The translations under genes were made by a program, and so were the position numbers. DNA of 64,000 nt. Origin: Kiritimatiellia bacterium. GTDB lineage: Bacteria > Verrucomicrobiota > Kiritimatiellia > RFP12 > UBA1067. Each line of letters opens with the position of its first letter. The stretch's first letter is position 1. Below are positions 30,029 to 39,069 of the stretch, piece after piece. The stretch covers positions 2,282 to 66,281 of the forward strand of contig JAPXSY010000001.1 of the NCBI GenBank assembly GCA_033812795.1, in the 5' to 3' direction. A model generated the notes under the pieces. It saw only the letters and a list, made by a program, of their open reading frames with translations, ran no database searches and had not been told where the DNA came from.

Positions 30029-30467
30029 ATGGAAGATGAGGACTTGGCTATCATCTACATTGACGAGCCGGGGTGCCGTGTCCTCGATCTGGCCAAAGCC
30101 GGGCTACGCGAAGTCCCGATGCTTAACTTCAGCCGTCGCCGCCATTTTCGCGGGCCGACCAGCCCCCACCGCCACGCTGGCTGTCTGGAGGTCGGTATCT
30201 GCCTGCGCGGCGCACTCACCCTCCTGAACAACAATCGAGAGTATCGGGTCATGCCGGGCGATCTCTTCCTCAACAAGCCGTCTGGAAAAATCAAAACGCC
30301 TCCTGACCGAATCCGACACGCCGGTCAGCAAGCTGGCCCACGACCTTGGATTCTGTGCCTCGCAACATTTCTCCAGCCACTTCAAGCGCGCTTATGGCAT
30401 CACCCCTAACGCCTGGCGCAAGCAGCAGGCACTCGGTCGGGGTCATAAAAAGCGTCATAAAAAATGA
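30029..30467 (+). pseudogene. AraC-family regulator pseudogene (cupin domain plus only the last HTH, frameshifted)
   Basis: The frame from 30029 encodes a cupin-like region (IIYIDEPGCRVLDL...HRHAGCLEVGICLRGALTLL...PGDLFLNKP). A different frame (about 30290..30467) encodes an AraC C-terminal HTH (LTESDTPVSKLAHDLGFCASQHFSSHFKRAYGITPNAWRKQQ). The total is far too short for an AraC protein and the first HTH is missing. Confidence 0.6.
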
Positions 30468-30526
30468 CGAATTCCTTTGCTCCAGATCGCAATGACCGGT
30501 GTCGCAATCCACAACCCTCGCATACG

Positions 30527-33199
30527 TCACATTTCTTTCTGATTGCCGAACAGCGTCACACGCCAGGGCGTGACGACTTCACCGACCGTCTTCCAACCGC
30601 GCGGATAATCCGGGAATACAAGCCCTGTCACCGGGCCACGTTCCTGCAACCGAAACCTCGGCATGTCACCGCGATTCGCATCGCAAACCACGACCTGTAG
30701 TCCGTCTTGATCATCCCATGGGCCGTTTTCGAGATACTGCCAGCGAGCTCCTTTCGTTGGCTGGACACGCCGCCGGTACAAGAGTTTCCCGCCCGTCACG
30801 TTCCAGGCCGCCATTTCGCCGTAGACGGTACGCACACCGGCTCCGGGGACACGCCAGCGGAACGCGATACCGCCGTCAAACGCACGGATCTCAAACGTCG
30901 CCGTCTCGCGCCCGGAGATCAGGTCCTTCATCGGAACGACGGCCTCCTCGTATCCGCGGGCTTTCTGCGGATGCACGAAGTCCGAATCATCCCGCAGCTC
31001 ATCCGTCGGCGCATCCTTGGCCGTGCTGAATTTTGCCGCGCACGGCACGATAAGCTTCCCGAAATCACGGTACCCCACGGTGACCCCAAGCGATGATCGG
31101 TCGATGATCCGTGCGCCATCATAATCGGCGGTCCACGAGAAACGACCTGCCGTGTCGAGAAAAAACTCGGCTTTCGTCCGTCCGTCAGGACTCTTGACAC
31201 CGATGCGGGCGGCATCGGCAAAACCAATCGGTTGCGGCGCAACCGAGAGCCGCACCGCATTCGTTTCCGTCACCACGATGTTGCCGACGATCGGCATCTC
31301 GTCCGCAAGCGACTTTGCGAGTCCGCCCAGCGAAAACGCCCGTCCGCAGTTTTGGAACACGTTGCCGGAGATTGGATTGGAGTGGGGCAGGTTCGGCCGG
31401 TCGTCCACCAGCGCGGCAATCTCGGGATAGGCCACATGCCACGGCGCCTTGCGGTAAGCAAACGGCATCACGCAGGACTCCGCCCAACTGTTTCCATCAC
31501 CGTCTGGCAGAAAACTGCCGCGCAGGCGGCGTTCCCATGAGACTCCGCGATCGCCACAAGACACCCCCGTCCTCACGTCCACGAAGAGATTGTTGTGGAT
31601 GCGGTGCATATTGCCGCCGCCGATGAGAATTGCGATACCGGCTCCGAAAAAACGGTTGCCGATCACGTCATCGCCCCAATCGCAGTCGTCGAAGTAGAAA
31701 GCGCTGCGGTGCGCCAACAGCTTGGGATCGCCGTCGCCCAGCTCGTGGACAACATTCCCGAACAGCAGATTGCCCTGGGAGCTTGTGTCGTAGCCCGTGT
31801 AGGTCGCGCCAGCGTCACAGGCTTCCAGGAGCACATGATGAATATCGTTCTCGGCGAAGAGATGCTCATTGCCGCCGTACCCGATCGCCCCGGCCGCGCC
31901 ATGGTGAATCTCGCAATTGCGGACCGCGTTACCGCACCCGCCGACTATGATGCCGAGCGCGGTGCGGCTGAAGCGGCCATAATTCGTCACCTCGCTCTTT
32001 TCGATGAGGTTTCCAGAACCGATCAAGTTCTTGCGATCGCCACCGTGAAGCGTGATGCCGCTTCCGCCGGTCTTTTCGACCACACACCCCGTGACCACGT
32101 TGTCACGGCCGTTCACGGCAAGCGCCACGCCGCCGAAATTCGCAAACCGGCAGCCGGATAGGACGACATGCCGGCTTTCCGAGCCCAAAGACACGCCCGG
32201 CGCGGTACCGTGGGAATAGGCGAAAGTCATGTTCTCAAAACGCATCCATTCGGCCTTGTCGAGCGCCACAAGCGTCGGTGCCGCCGGAACGAGCACCACG
32301 GGCATCTTTTCCCGCCCCGGCACAGGCAGAAGATAGAGCTTTTTCGCCTTGCGGTCGAGCCACCACTCGCCGGGCGCATCCAGTTCGGCCGCAACATTCA
32401 CGACCTTGAAGCGGCGTTCCTTCATGCCGCACGTTCCCTTACCGAGCAATCCCCACTTGTGTATCTTGCGGGGCTTCGCAATGTGTTTTGCCGCATCATA
32501 TTCCGCCAGCCGCAGGATCTCCTCGTCCCAGTCGTGTTTCCAATAGCCGTCACACCACACGCCCTCATCGAGATTCCACCGCGCGGCATTCGGTGCGCCT
32601 TCAAGGAAGAACGCCCCCGGCCGCACGGCGAACTCGTTCTTGGGGTCGTCCGTGAGCCCCGTGTCCGCGACCTTGTCAAACGATGCCCATTTGCCGTTCG
32701 GCCAACTGGCGATCTCAAGCGGTTCGCCGTCCTGATAGAGCCAGGGGCCCGGATGCATGCCGTGGTAAGCGTCAGGCCACGGCTTCAGTTCGCCGGGAAG
32801 CACCTTCGAGACGTCCGCCACGCGGATCTTTTCCCGAACGTCCGGGGAAAACGACGCCAGCCGTGCATGGTCAGCCACCGATGCGAACTCGGAAGGCTCG
32901 ATCATGATGCCGCTGACAATCTTGACCGTTCCGGGCTTCTCCGCACGCCAGATTACCGGCGCACCCGCAGAACCCGAATCCTCCTTGCCGAAGACAAGTG
33001 TACCGGTCATTCGATACTCGCCGGGCGCAAGCGTCACCGTCACCGGTTCGCCATGCCGAATGCGTCCGGACGCGCGCGCCGCGCGCACTTCGTCACGCAC
33101 CTTGACGAGGTCGCCCCCCGAAGGCACGTCCAACGTGAATCCAAGCGTGATGCTGGCAGAAAACAGCGCTGCCAGTGCCAAGATTGTCCTTTCGCCCAT
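30527..33199 (-). CDS. Secreted right-handed parallel beta-helix (pectin-lyase-fold) protein with an extra C-terminal domain
   Basis: Signal peptide MGERTILALAALFSASITLG. Multiple PbH1-like repeats (NVVTGCVVEKTGGSGITLHGG, NAVRNCEIHHGAAGAIGYGG, HLFAENDIHHV). Confidence 0.8.
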   Translation of the reverse strand: MGERTILALAALFSASITLGFTLDVPSGGDLVKVRDEVRAARASGRIRHGEPVTVTLAPGEYRMTGTLVFGKEDSGSAGAPVIWRAEKPGTVKIVSGIMIEPSEFASVADHARLASFSPDVREKIRVADVSKVLPGELKPWPDAYHGMHPGPWLYQDGEPLEIASWPNGKWASFDKVADTGLTDDPKNEFAVRPGAFFLEGAPNAARWNLDEGVWCDGYWKHDWDEEILRLAEYDAAKHIAKPRKIHKWGLLGKGTCGMKERRFKVVNVAAELDAPGEWWLDRKAKKLYLLPVPGREKMPVVLVPAAPTLVALDKAEWMRFENMTFAYSHGTAPGVSLGSESRHVVLSGCRFANFGGVALAVNGRDNVVTGCVVEKTGGSGITLHGGDRKNLIGSGNLIEKSEVTNYGRFSRTALGIIVGGCGNAVRNCEIHHGAAGAIGYGGNEHLFAENDIHHVLLEACDAGATYTGYDTSSQGNLLFGNVVHELGDGDPKLLAHRSAFYFDDCDWGDDVIGNRFFGAGIAILIGGGNMHRIHNNLFVDVRTGVSCGDRGVSWERRLRGSFLPDGDGNSWAESCVMPFAYRKAPWHVAYPEIAALVDDRPNLPHSNPISGNVFQNCGRAFSLGGLAKSLADEMPIVGNIVVTETNAVRLSVAPQPIGFADAARIGVKSPDGRTKAEFFLDTAGRFSWTADYDGARIIDRSSLGVTVGYRDFGKLIVPCAAKFSTAKDAPTDELRDDSDFVHPQKARGYEEAVVPMKDLISGRETATFEIRAFDGGIAFRWRVPGAGVRTVYGEMAAWNVTGGKLLYRRRVQPTKGARWQYLENGPWDDQDGLQVVVCDANRGDMPRFRLQERGPVTGLVFPDYPRGWKTVGEVVTPWRVTLFGNQKEM

Positions 33200-33242
33200 T
33201 TTGTCTCTCACTTGATCAACCCCCATTCTTGCGCGAAGCTTT

Positions 33243-34967
33243 TCACGGATGCGAAGGCCGTTTCTTCGGCACGTGCTTCAGATCGTAACGACCGGTGTCG
33301 AAATCCACGATCATCCGCGTGCCGTCAGAATAGGCGACCTCGACCTTATCCGTGCCGAGGATGCGGTGATCGGTCATAAACGAGGTCTGAAGATGACAGC
33401 GGCGGGCATACTCGTCGACTCCTCGCTTGACGGCGGCAACGGCGGCGGCGAAGTGCGCGGGGGTGTCGAACTCGAGATCGGCCTGACCCATCCAGGCGCG
33501 GCCCTCAAGGAACTTGGAATGGACGTAGAACACGGGGCGCGCGCCGAATTCGGCCGCAACAAGCTGCGTACGCTTGTCTTTGATCGTGTAGTTCGTCGTG
33601 TGCGCGAAGGGATTGGACATGACGATGCCATGATAGACAAGCTGCCAGAACGGCACAAAGCGGTCCGTCAGCTTCGGCATCGGCGCGGTCGGATCGGCGA
33701 ACGAAACATATAACGCATAATCAAGACTCCCGGCGGTGAAGTCGAAACCGCCTTCACTCGCGATGCCGCCCATCAGATCCGCCCCGCGCCGCAGCATACG
33801 GTTCACGTAGTCCGCCGCCTCGCGCCGCGTGAGAGGATGCCGCCCGTCAAAGCAGCGGCGCGGCGTGACGATCGACAGGACGTCGATGTAGTGCAGTCCG
33901 CGAAAACCCAGCGCGGCGATTTTCCCAAGATCGTGCTGCGCGTACTTCTCCCATGCGACCTTCGGGCAGAGATTATACATCTGTCCGCCCGACCAGCAGG
34001 CGTTCTTCGATAGCGTTCCGTCCGGCGCTCGAATGATGTCATCCGGCGACCAACATTCCGCAACCGTATAGGCGTCGGAATGATTATTGTGGCAGACAAT
34101 CCGGTAACCCAGCGACTGCACGTCGGCAATCAGTTTCTTAAGACCTGCCTCGCCGCCAAGCTCCGGCTCGACCGGGAAAAGCTGCGGATAACGTCCGTCA
34201 TGTCCCTTCCGGTTCCAACCGACGAGACAGATTTCCACCCGTTCGACACCCGCCGTCTTGAGCGCATGCGCGAACTCTGAAACCCGGTCGAACGTCACCG
34301 CCACCTTCATCGGGGGCTCGTTGGACGGCGTCTGCTCCTTCACCGGCGGCGGCGCGGGCTTCCATGCCTGACGGATGCGCACCTCGACAGCCTTGGCGGC
34401 ATAAGCGAGATCCGGATTTTTCACCAGCCGATCCCCGAGTGGAACGATTTCGCCGCGCGACAGCCGCAGGTCGCGATACCATGCCGCCATCTGCGGATAC
34501 TCCGCCACCGGCGGCAAGGTTTGAATGCGAATGGCGATGTCTTCCTCGGGCACTCGTCCGCCCAGATCGAAGCGCATCGAAACGGAATAGTCGCCTTTGA
34601 CCGCACGCACGATCAGTTTACAGTCCCATGGCAGGCCTTCGATGAGCGTAGCGAACGTCCCGCGAGGCGTCTTCATCCCCCAAAGCGGCATCAAGTCCGT
34701 CGGCACGGAAAACTCACCTTCTTCTTCCCGGAACGTACCAAGATGACCCGACGGCAACACGAAGTATCCAGACTCCCCCTTCTTCGCCCGCGCGAAATCC
34801 GGCGTCACTTTCACCGAGACCGCGTCCTTCGGTATGCGCGCCCGCGGCCAGACGAACTGCACGACATGGTTCGTCTCGGGTATCTCGACGGTCTCGACCA
34901 CCCTCTGGCCCGTCGCCAGAGTCGACTCCACCGTAAATGCCGCAGCAAACAACAAACTCAAAGCCAT
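33243..34967 (-). CDS. Secreted putative glycoside hydrolase (TIM-barrel-like, family not recognised)
   Basis: Signal peptide MALSLLFAAAFTVESTLA; 574 aa protein-like; embedded in the same-strand GH cluster, 4 nt after the upstream gene stop. Confidence 0.65.
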   Translation of the reverse strand: MALSLLFAAAFTVESTLATGQRVVETVEIPETNHVVQFVWPRARIPKDAVSVKVTPDFARAKKGESGYFVLPSGHLGTFREEEGEFSVPTDLMPLWGMKTPRGTFATLIEGLPWDCKLIVRAVKGDYSVSMRFDLGGRVPEEDIAIRIQTLPPVAEYPQMAAWYRDLRLSRGEIVPLGDRLVKNPDLAYAAKAVEVRIRQAWKPAPPPVKEQTPSNEPPMKVAVTFDRVSEFAHALKTAGVERVEICLVGWNRKGHDGRYPQLFPVEPELGGEAGLKKLIADVQSLGYRIVCHNNHSDAYTVAECWSPDDIIRAPDGTLSKNACWSGGQMYNLCPKVAWEKYAQHDLGKIAALGFRGLHYIDVLSIVTPRRCFDGRHPLTRREAADYVNRMLRRGADLMGGIASEGGFDFTAGSLDYALYVSFADPTAPMPKLTDRFVPFWQLVYHGIVMSNPFAHTTNYTIKDKRTQLVAAEFGARPVFYVHSKFLEGRAWMGQADLEFDTPAHFAAAVAAVKRGVDEYARRCHLQTSFMTDHRILGTDKVEVAYSDGTRMIVDFDTGRYDLKHVPKKRPSHP

Positions 34968-34971
34968 TCCC

Positions 34972-37900
34972 TTACCTCCCTAATCCGAAAATGTAGACCT
35001 CGTCCAGCGCCACGTCCCCGTTCTTGTTGTGCTTCGGGTCGCGATTCGGCGTGAAAGCGAGGCGCACATAGCGTCCGCGCACGCCCTGCAGCCGGATCTC
35101 GGCGTAACGCGAAACATCGTGAAGCTTCTGGCTCCACGCCATCACGAACGACTTCGCTTCGGTGTAGTCGCGGCCGTTCTCCGAAAAGGCGACCTTCACA
35201 GCGACCGGGCCGAGCGCGCGGTTTTGCGTGCGCATCTCCCAGAACATGATCCGCGTCAGATCGCGCACGCTCTTGAGATCGAACTCGACCGTCGGCTCGG
35301 CGATCCCCTTCCAGACACAGCTCCGGCGTCGTCCCGCCCGGTCCCCGCTCTGCAGCGCCCAAATCTCCGTACCGTTCGCGCGCGTCGCGTTAAGCGCATC
35401 CTTGATCTCCTCACCCTTCGTTTCGTCGGCGACAGAAAGATGACGGTAGGTCGCTCCCGTCCACTCACTCCAAGGCATGTTCCGGCTCACCCAGTTGTCC
35501 GAAAGGAGAATCTCGCGCCCTTTCTTCGGCACGTCAACGCAGACCACCGTATGCGTCACCGCGACACGACGCCCCTCGCGGTCGAAGAGATCGACCGTGA
35601 GCGGATAGATCCGGTTCGGATAGAGTTCGGGATTGCCTTCCGCCGGCACCGTGAGCGTGAACGCAAATGCGGCGCGCGCGCCACGCTTCAGCGGATCGCA
35701 CGTCTGCGCCGGCGAGACCTTCCAGCCCTTGAGCGCATGGAGCTGCACGCGACCACCGGCGAAGTCGGCGCGGACGGACGGATTGTCAATCGTCACGTTC
35801 ACGCGGAACGTCGCCCCCGGCTTCAGCAGCGGCGTTGCCTCGTCCGGCGCGGCGGCGCGTCCGCCAAAGTCCGCGAAGGCGGTCCCCAGAAGCGGCGCAT
35901 GGTCGCGCAGCAGATACAGGAACGCCGCGCTCTTCAACGCCGGCAGTTCGAATCGGACGCCGTCGGCCGTGCGCGTGAACGGCACGTCGTCAAGCGCGTT
36001 GCCCTCGGCCAGCCCGATGTAGGCTTTGCGGACATCCCGCACGAGATCCGCCGGAAGCCGCACGTCCAGTGTCGCCGGCGCGGCCGGCCGGTAGGTGAGC
36101 GCCGATACGGCGATCACCACATTGCCCTTCGTATCCACGAGCGGCTTCTCGCAGCGGAAATTGCACGTTTCGTCCGTCGACAGCGTGTACGACGGCGCAA
36201 TCCCCGCATCCTTCAGGAGTGCACGGAACATCTCGCGCGCGGGCACCTCGTCGTTAGCGGACTCGCTGCGGATCGTCCCCATCTGCGTGTTCGTCCAGTA
36301 CGCCCGTCCCTTGCCGTAGCGGTTGCGCGTCCAGATCGCCGCCTTGTTGGAGTAGTAGAGCCCGTGTTGCGCGTTGACGACCTCGGCCGTCGTCAGTTTC
36401 CAGCGGACCTTTCCGTCAGCCCGCACGAGGTTGCCCCACGGCGAGCCGAACCACACGTCGCCCTGATCGACGACGATATCGTGCGATTCCCAGATGCCCT
36501 CGAACGTGACGCCGAGAACGTCCGTCAGGTTGTTGTCGGTCCGCGGCAGGTTGTGCTCATCGAAGGCCCCGCAGCGGACGTCGCAAAAGAGCCGGCCGCC
36601 ACCCTTCACGTAGGCGCGGATACGTTCAATCTCCGCATCGTCAAAATGCTCGGCCGCGCAGAGGAAGAGGCCGTCGATCTGGCTCATGTAGACCGGATTG
36701 ATCTTTTCGTACGTGATGACGTTCACGTGATAGCCCGCGTCCCGCAGGTGCTTGTAGAGCCGCAGGCGCGAATTGATCGGGAACCCCCACGGCTCCATGT
36801 TATCGTCGATGCCGAACGGCACGTCGCGCACGGCCATCAGGATCGCCAGCGTCGGCGTTCCACGGACAGGTGCCGACTCGGTAAACAGGCGCTCAGTGCG
36901 GTGGACGGCCGAATAGAAGCGCGGCAGATAGTAGATCTTCTCGCGGTTGGTGGCGTCAGGATTGATGAAGCCGAAACTCGCCCAGTCACCCCACGCGCCG
37001 AACCAGCCGTTGCAGAAGAACGTGCCGCCCTTCAGGCCGTTCGGGATCATCCGCCAGACGGTCTGGGCGAACTGCCAGCCCGGGCCGTTATGGTTGTTGT
37101 TCTCGCCGTAGAGCATGCCGCGGCGTTTGCCCGGCCGCCAGTCGTCCGGGACGATGGTGTGCGTGTAACAGTTCATCTCATAGGCGTTGCGGTCGCCGTG
37201 TCCGTAGTGGTCCATGCCGCGAACGCCGTCGGTATAGGGCGCGATCGCCTTTCCGATCAGCTCGTGATTGCCGCGTCTTGTTCGGGCAATGCGCTGCATC
37301 TCGAGCGAACTCTGCGTGTCCTTGCCGTTCACGCTGCGACGCTTGGGGTCACACGACTGAATGATCTTGTAGTACTCGGCGAGGAACTCCGCAAAGCTCT
37401 CCTGCTGAAAGCGAATCCAGTCCATGAAGTGCCCCGGCGTCTTCGCATAATCATCAAGCCGGCACGGCTCCGCCTCGGCGAATGAGTTGTAGTCCTTGCC
37501 CCAGGCCCGGTTCAACTTCGCAAGATCCCCCTTGTAACTTTTCGTCTCGAGCCACACGCGGAAAGCCGCGACCGCCTGATCCGAATAGTCGAGAGGCGGC
37601 AGGTACTCGTTATCAATCTCCCACTTGAAGATCCGGTCGTCGGCGACAGCGAGCGCGTTCGACACCGACGTGCGCGCGAAGTCAAAGATATACTCACGCA
37701 CCTTGGGATCGAACAGGCAGGCGCAGCGCACCTCCTTGCCGTCTTGGTCGCGGATCTTGGCAAGCCATGGACGCGTCTGGGCGCTGATGGCGCCCCAGAT
37801 CGAAATGCCGTAGACACCCTGCGGCGCGAAGTCCTCGGGCTTGGTATTCTTGTCCACGCCGCGGCAGACGTAGTTCCCGCCAACCGCGACGTTGAAGCCA

Positions 37901-39045
37901 TGGGTAAAGTTCTCGCCGAGCACGCCGACCGGGAAGAAGCCGTCTGTGCCGTTCATGTGCTCGTCGATCTCAAGCGAATACGCCCGTGCCGACGTGAGCG
38001 GATCTGTCAAGTCCAGCTTCGGCACCGACGCCTGCAGGTCCGGTTCGGCGGCCGCAACCGTACGCAGGACGCCATCGCGGTATTCGATTTCAAAGAAGCG
38101 CATGCGTTCGGCCCCGGCCGGGCCATTCGGCTGGTGCAGGGTCAGGGTCAGGGGTCCCCGATCGCCTCCGCCCACCAGTTTCCGGAAGGACATTCCATGC
38201 CCGCCGTTCTCGGGGAAGAGCATCCGATGGTTCTTCCAGGGGCCCTTCACGCTCCCCGTCTCGGACTTGGTCCAGTAGACGCAGTAGGCTCCGTTCGACC
38301 GGACCGTCGACCAGGTCATCAGCAGATCACCCGACGCCGCATCGCGGAACAGAGAGGGCCCGTCCGTCACGAGGCAACTCGCCTTCACATCCGGAGCGGA
38401 CGAGGCCTTGAACAGCGTGACGGGGTCCCCTGCGGCATCCGAGAGATCGTCTCTGAGCGGCATCAGGCACATCTCCCCGTCGCGAACCTGCGTCCACTCG
38501 TGACAAAAGACCATGTAGGGCCTACCGTCCTCGACCACGAGCGTCCCGTCGAGCGCGCTCCAATTCGGCGGCGTGACGGAGTCGCGCTTGACGATCTCGT
38601 AGGGGCCTTCGGGACGGTCGGCGGCGAAGATCCAGGTCCCGCGCTTGACGTGGTCACGCCAACCGGGATGATGCGGCACCTTCGTGCCGTTGAAGGTGAG
38701 CGTCGCGAACAGATACCAGCGCCCATTGAACTCATGTACCTCCGGCGCCCAGACCGCCGTACAGTTCAGCTCCTTTGGGAGATCCAGGACATGCCGCGGT
38801 CCCGTCCACTGCTCGAGATCGCGGCTCAGATACATCTCCACGCCCTGTCCCGTATGACGCCAGGCGTCCGCCGCCTCGTTTTTTCTGGCGTAGATGCTCG
38901 AATAGAGGCGGTAGACGCCCTTCTCGCCATCCGCGACGACAAACGGATCGCGAATGTGGATGTCGCCTGACGGCAGCGCGGCCCCAGCCCCCAGACATAA
39001 CGCCACACCGGCAATCGCCAGACAGAATCTCAGTGTAATATGCAT
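34972..39045 (-). CDS. Multidomain glycoside hydrolase: GH43-like beta-propeller, GH42-like beta-galactosidase TIM barrel and trimerisation domain, F5/8 discoidin-like C-terminus
   Basis: Signal peptide MHITLRFCLAIAGVALCLGAGAA. GH43-like motifs (RDPFVVAD, WAPEVHEFNGRWYLF). GH42-type acid/base context KWEIDNEY. The discoidin-like tail ends at LDEVYIFG. Confidence 0.8.
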   Translation of the reverse strand: MHITLRFCLAIAGVALCLGAGAALPSGDIHIRDPFVVADGEKGVYRLYSSIYARKNEAADAWRHTGQGVEMYLSRDLEQWTGPRHVLDLPKELNCTAVWAPEVHEFNGRWYLFATLTFNGTKVPHHPGWRDHVKRGTWIFAADRPEGPYEIVKRDSVTPPNWSALDGTLVVEDGRPYMVFCHEWTQVRDGEMCLMPLRDDLSDAAGDPVTLFKASSAPDVKASCLVTDGPSLFRDAASGDLLMTWSTVRSNGAYCVYWTKSETGSVKGPWKNHRMLFPENGGHGMSFRKLVGGGDRGPLTLTLHQPNGPAGAERMRFFEIEYRDGVLRTVAAAEPDLQASVPKLDLTDPLTSARAYSLEIDEHMNGTDGFFPVGVLGENFTHGFNVAVGGNYVCRGVDKNTKPEDFAPQGVYGISIWGAISAQTRPWLAKIRDQDGKEVRCACLFDPKVREYIFDFARTSVSNALAVADDRIFKWEIDNEYLPPLDYSDQAVAAFRVWLETKSYKGDLAKLNRAWGKDYNSFAEAEPCRLDDYAKTPGHFMDWIRFQQESFAEFLAEYYKIIQSCDPKRRSVNGKDTQSSLEMQRIARTRRGNHELIGKAIAPYTDGVRGMDHYGHGDRNAYEMNCYTHTIVPDDWRPGKRRGMLYGENNNHNGPGWQFAQTVWRMIPNGLKGGTFFCNGWFGAWGDWASFGFINPDATNREKIYYLPRFYSAVHRTERLFTESAPVRGTPTLAILMAVRDVPFGIDDNMEPWGFPINSRLRLYKHLRDAGYHVNVITYEKINPVYMSQIDGLFLCAAEHFDDAEIERIRAYVKGGGRLFCDVRCGAFDEHNLPRTDNNLTDVLGVTFEGIWESHDIVVDQGDVWFGSPWGNLVRADGKVRWKLTTAEVVNAQHGLYYSNKAAIWTRNRYGKGRAYWTNTQMGTIRSESANDEVPAREMFRALLKDAGIAPSYTLSTDETCNFRCEKPLVDTKGNVVIAVSALTYRPAAPATLDVRLPADLVRDVRKAYIGLAEGNALDDVPFTRTADGVRFELPALKSAAFLYLLRDHAPLLGTAFADFGGRAAAPDEATPLLKPGATFRVNVTIDNPSVRADFAGGRVQLHALKGWKVSPAQTCDPLKRGARAAFAFTLTVPAEGNPELYPNRIYPLTVDLFDREGRRVAVTHTVVCVDVPKKGREILLSDNWVSRNMPWSEWTGATYRHLSVADETKGEEIKDALNATRANGTEIWALQSGDRAGRRRSCVWKGIAEPTVEFDLKSVRDLTRIMFWEMRTQNRALGPVAVKVAFSENGRDYTEAKSFVMAWSQKLHDVSRYAEIRLQGVRGRYVRLAFTPNRDPKHNKNGDVALDEVYIFGLGR

Positions 39046-39069
39046 CGAAAGCCCTCGTCTTCTTTAACC

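Noticed and set aside
35029-37485. 818-aa + strand ORF opposite the GH43/GH42 fusion gene
   Set aside because: Arg/Val/Ala-rich shadow ORF typical of high-GC antisense strands. The minus-strand protein carries clear GH motifs and a signal peptide.
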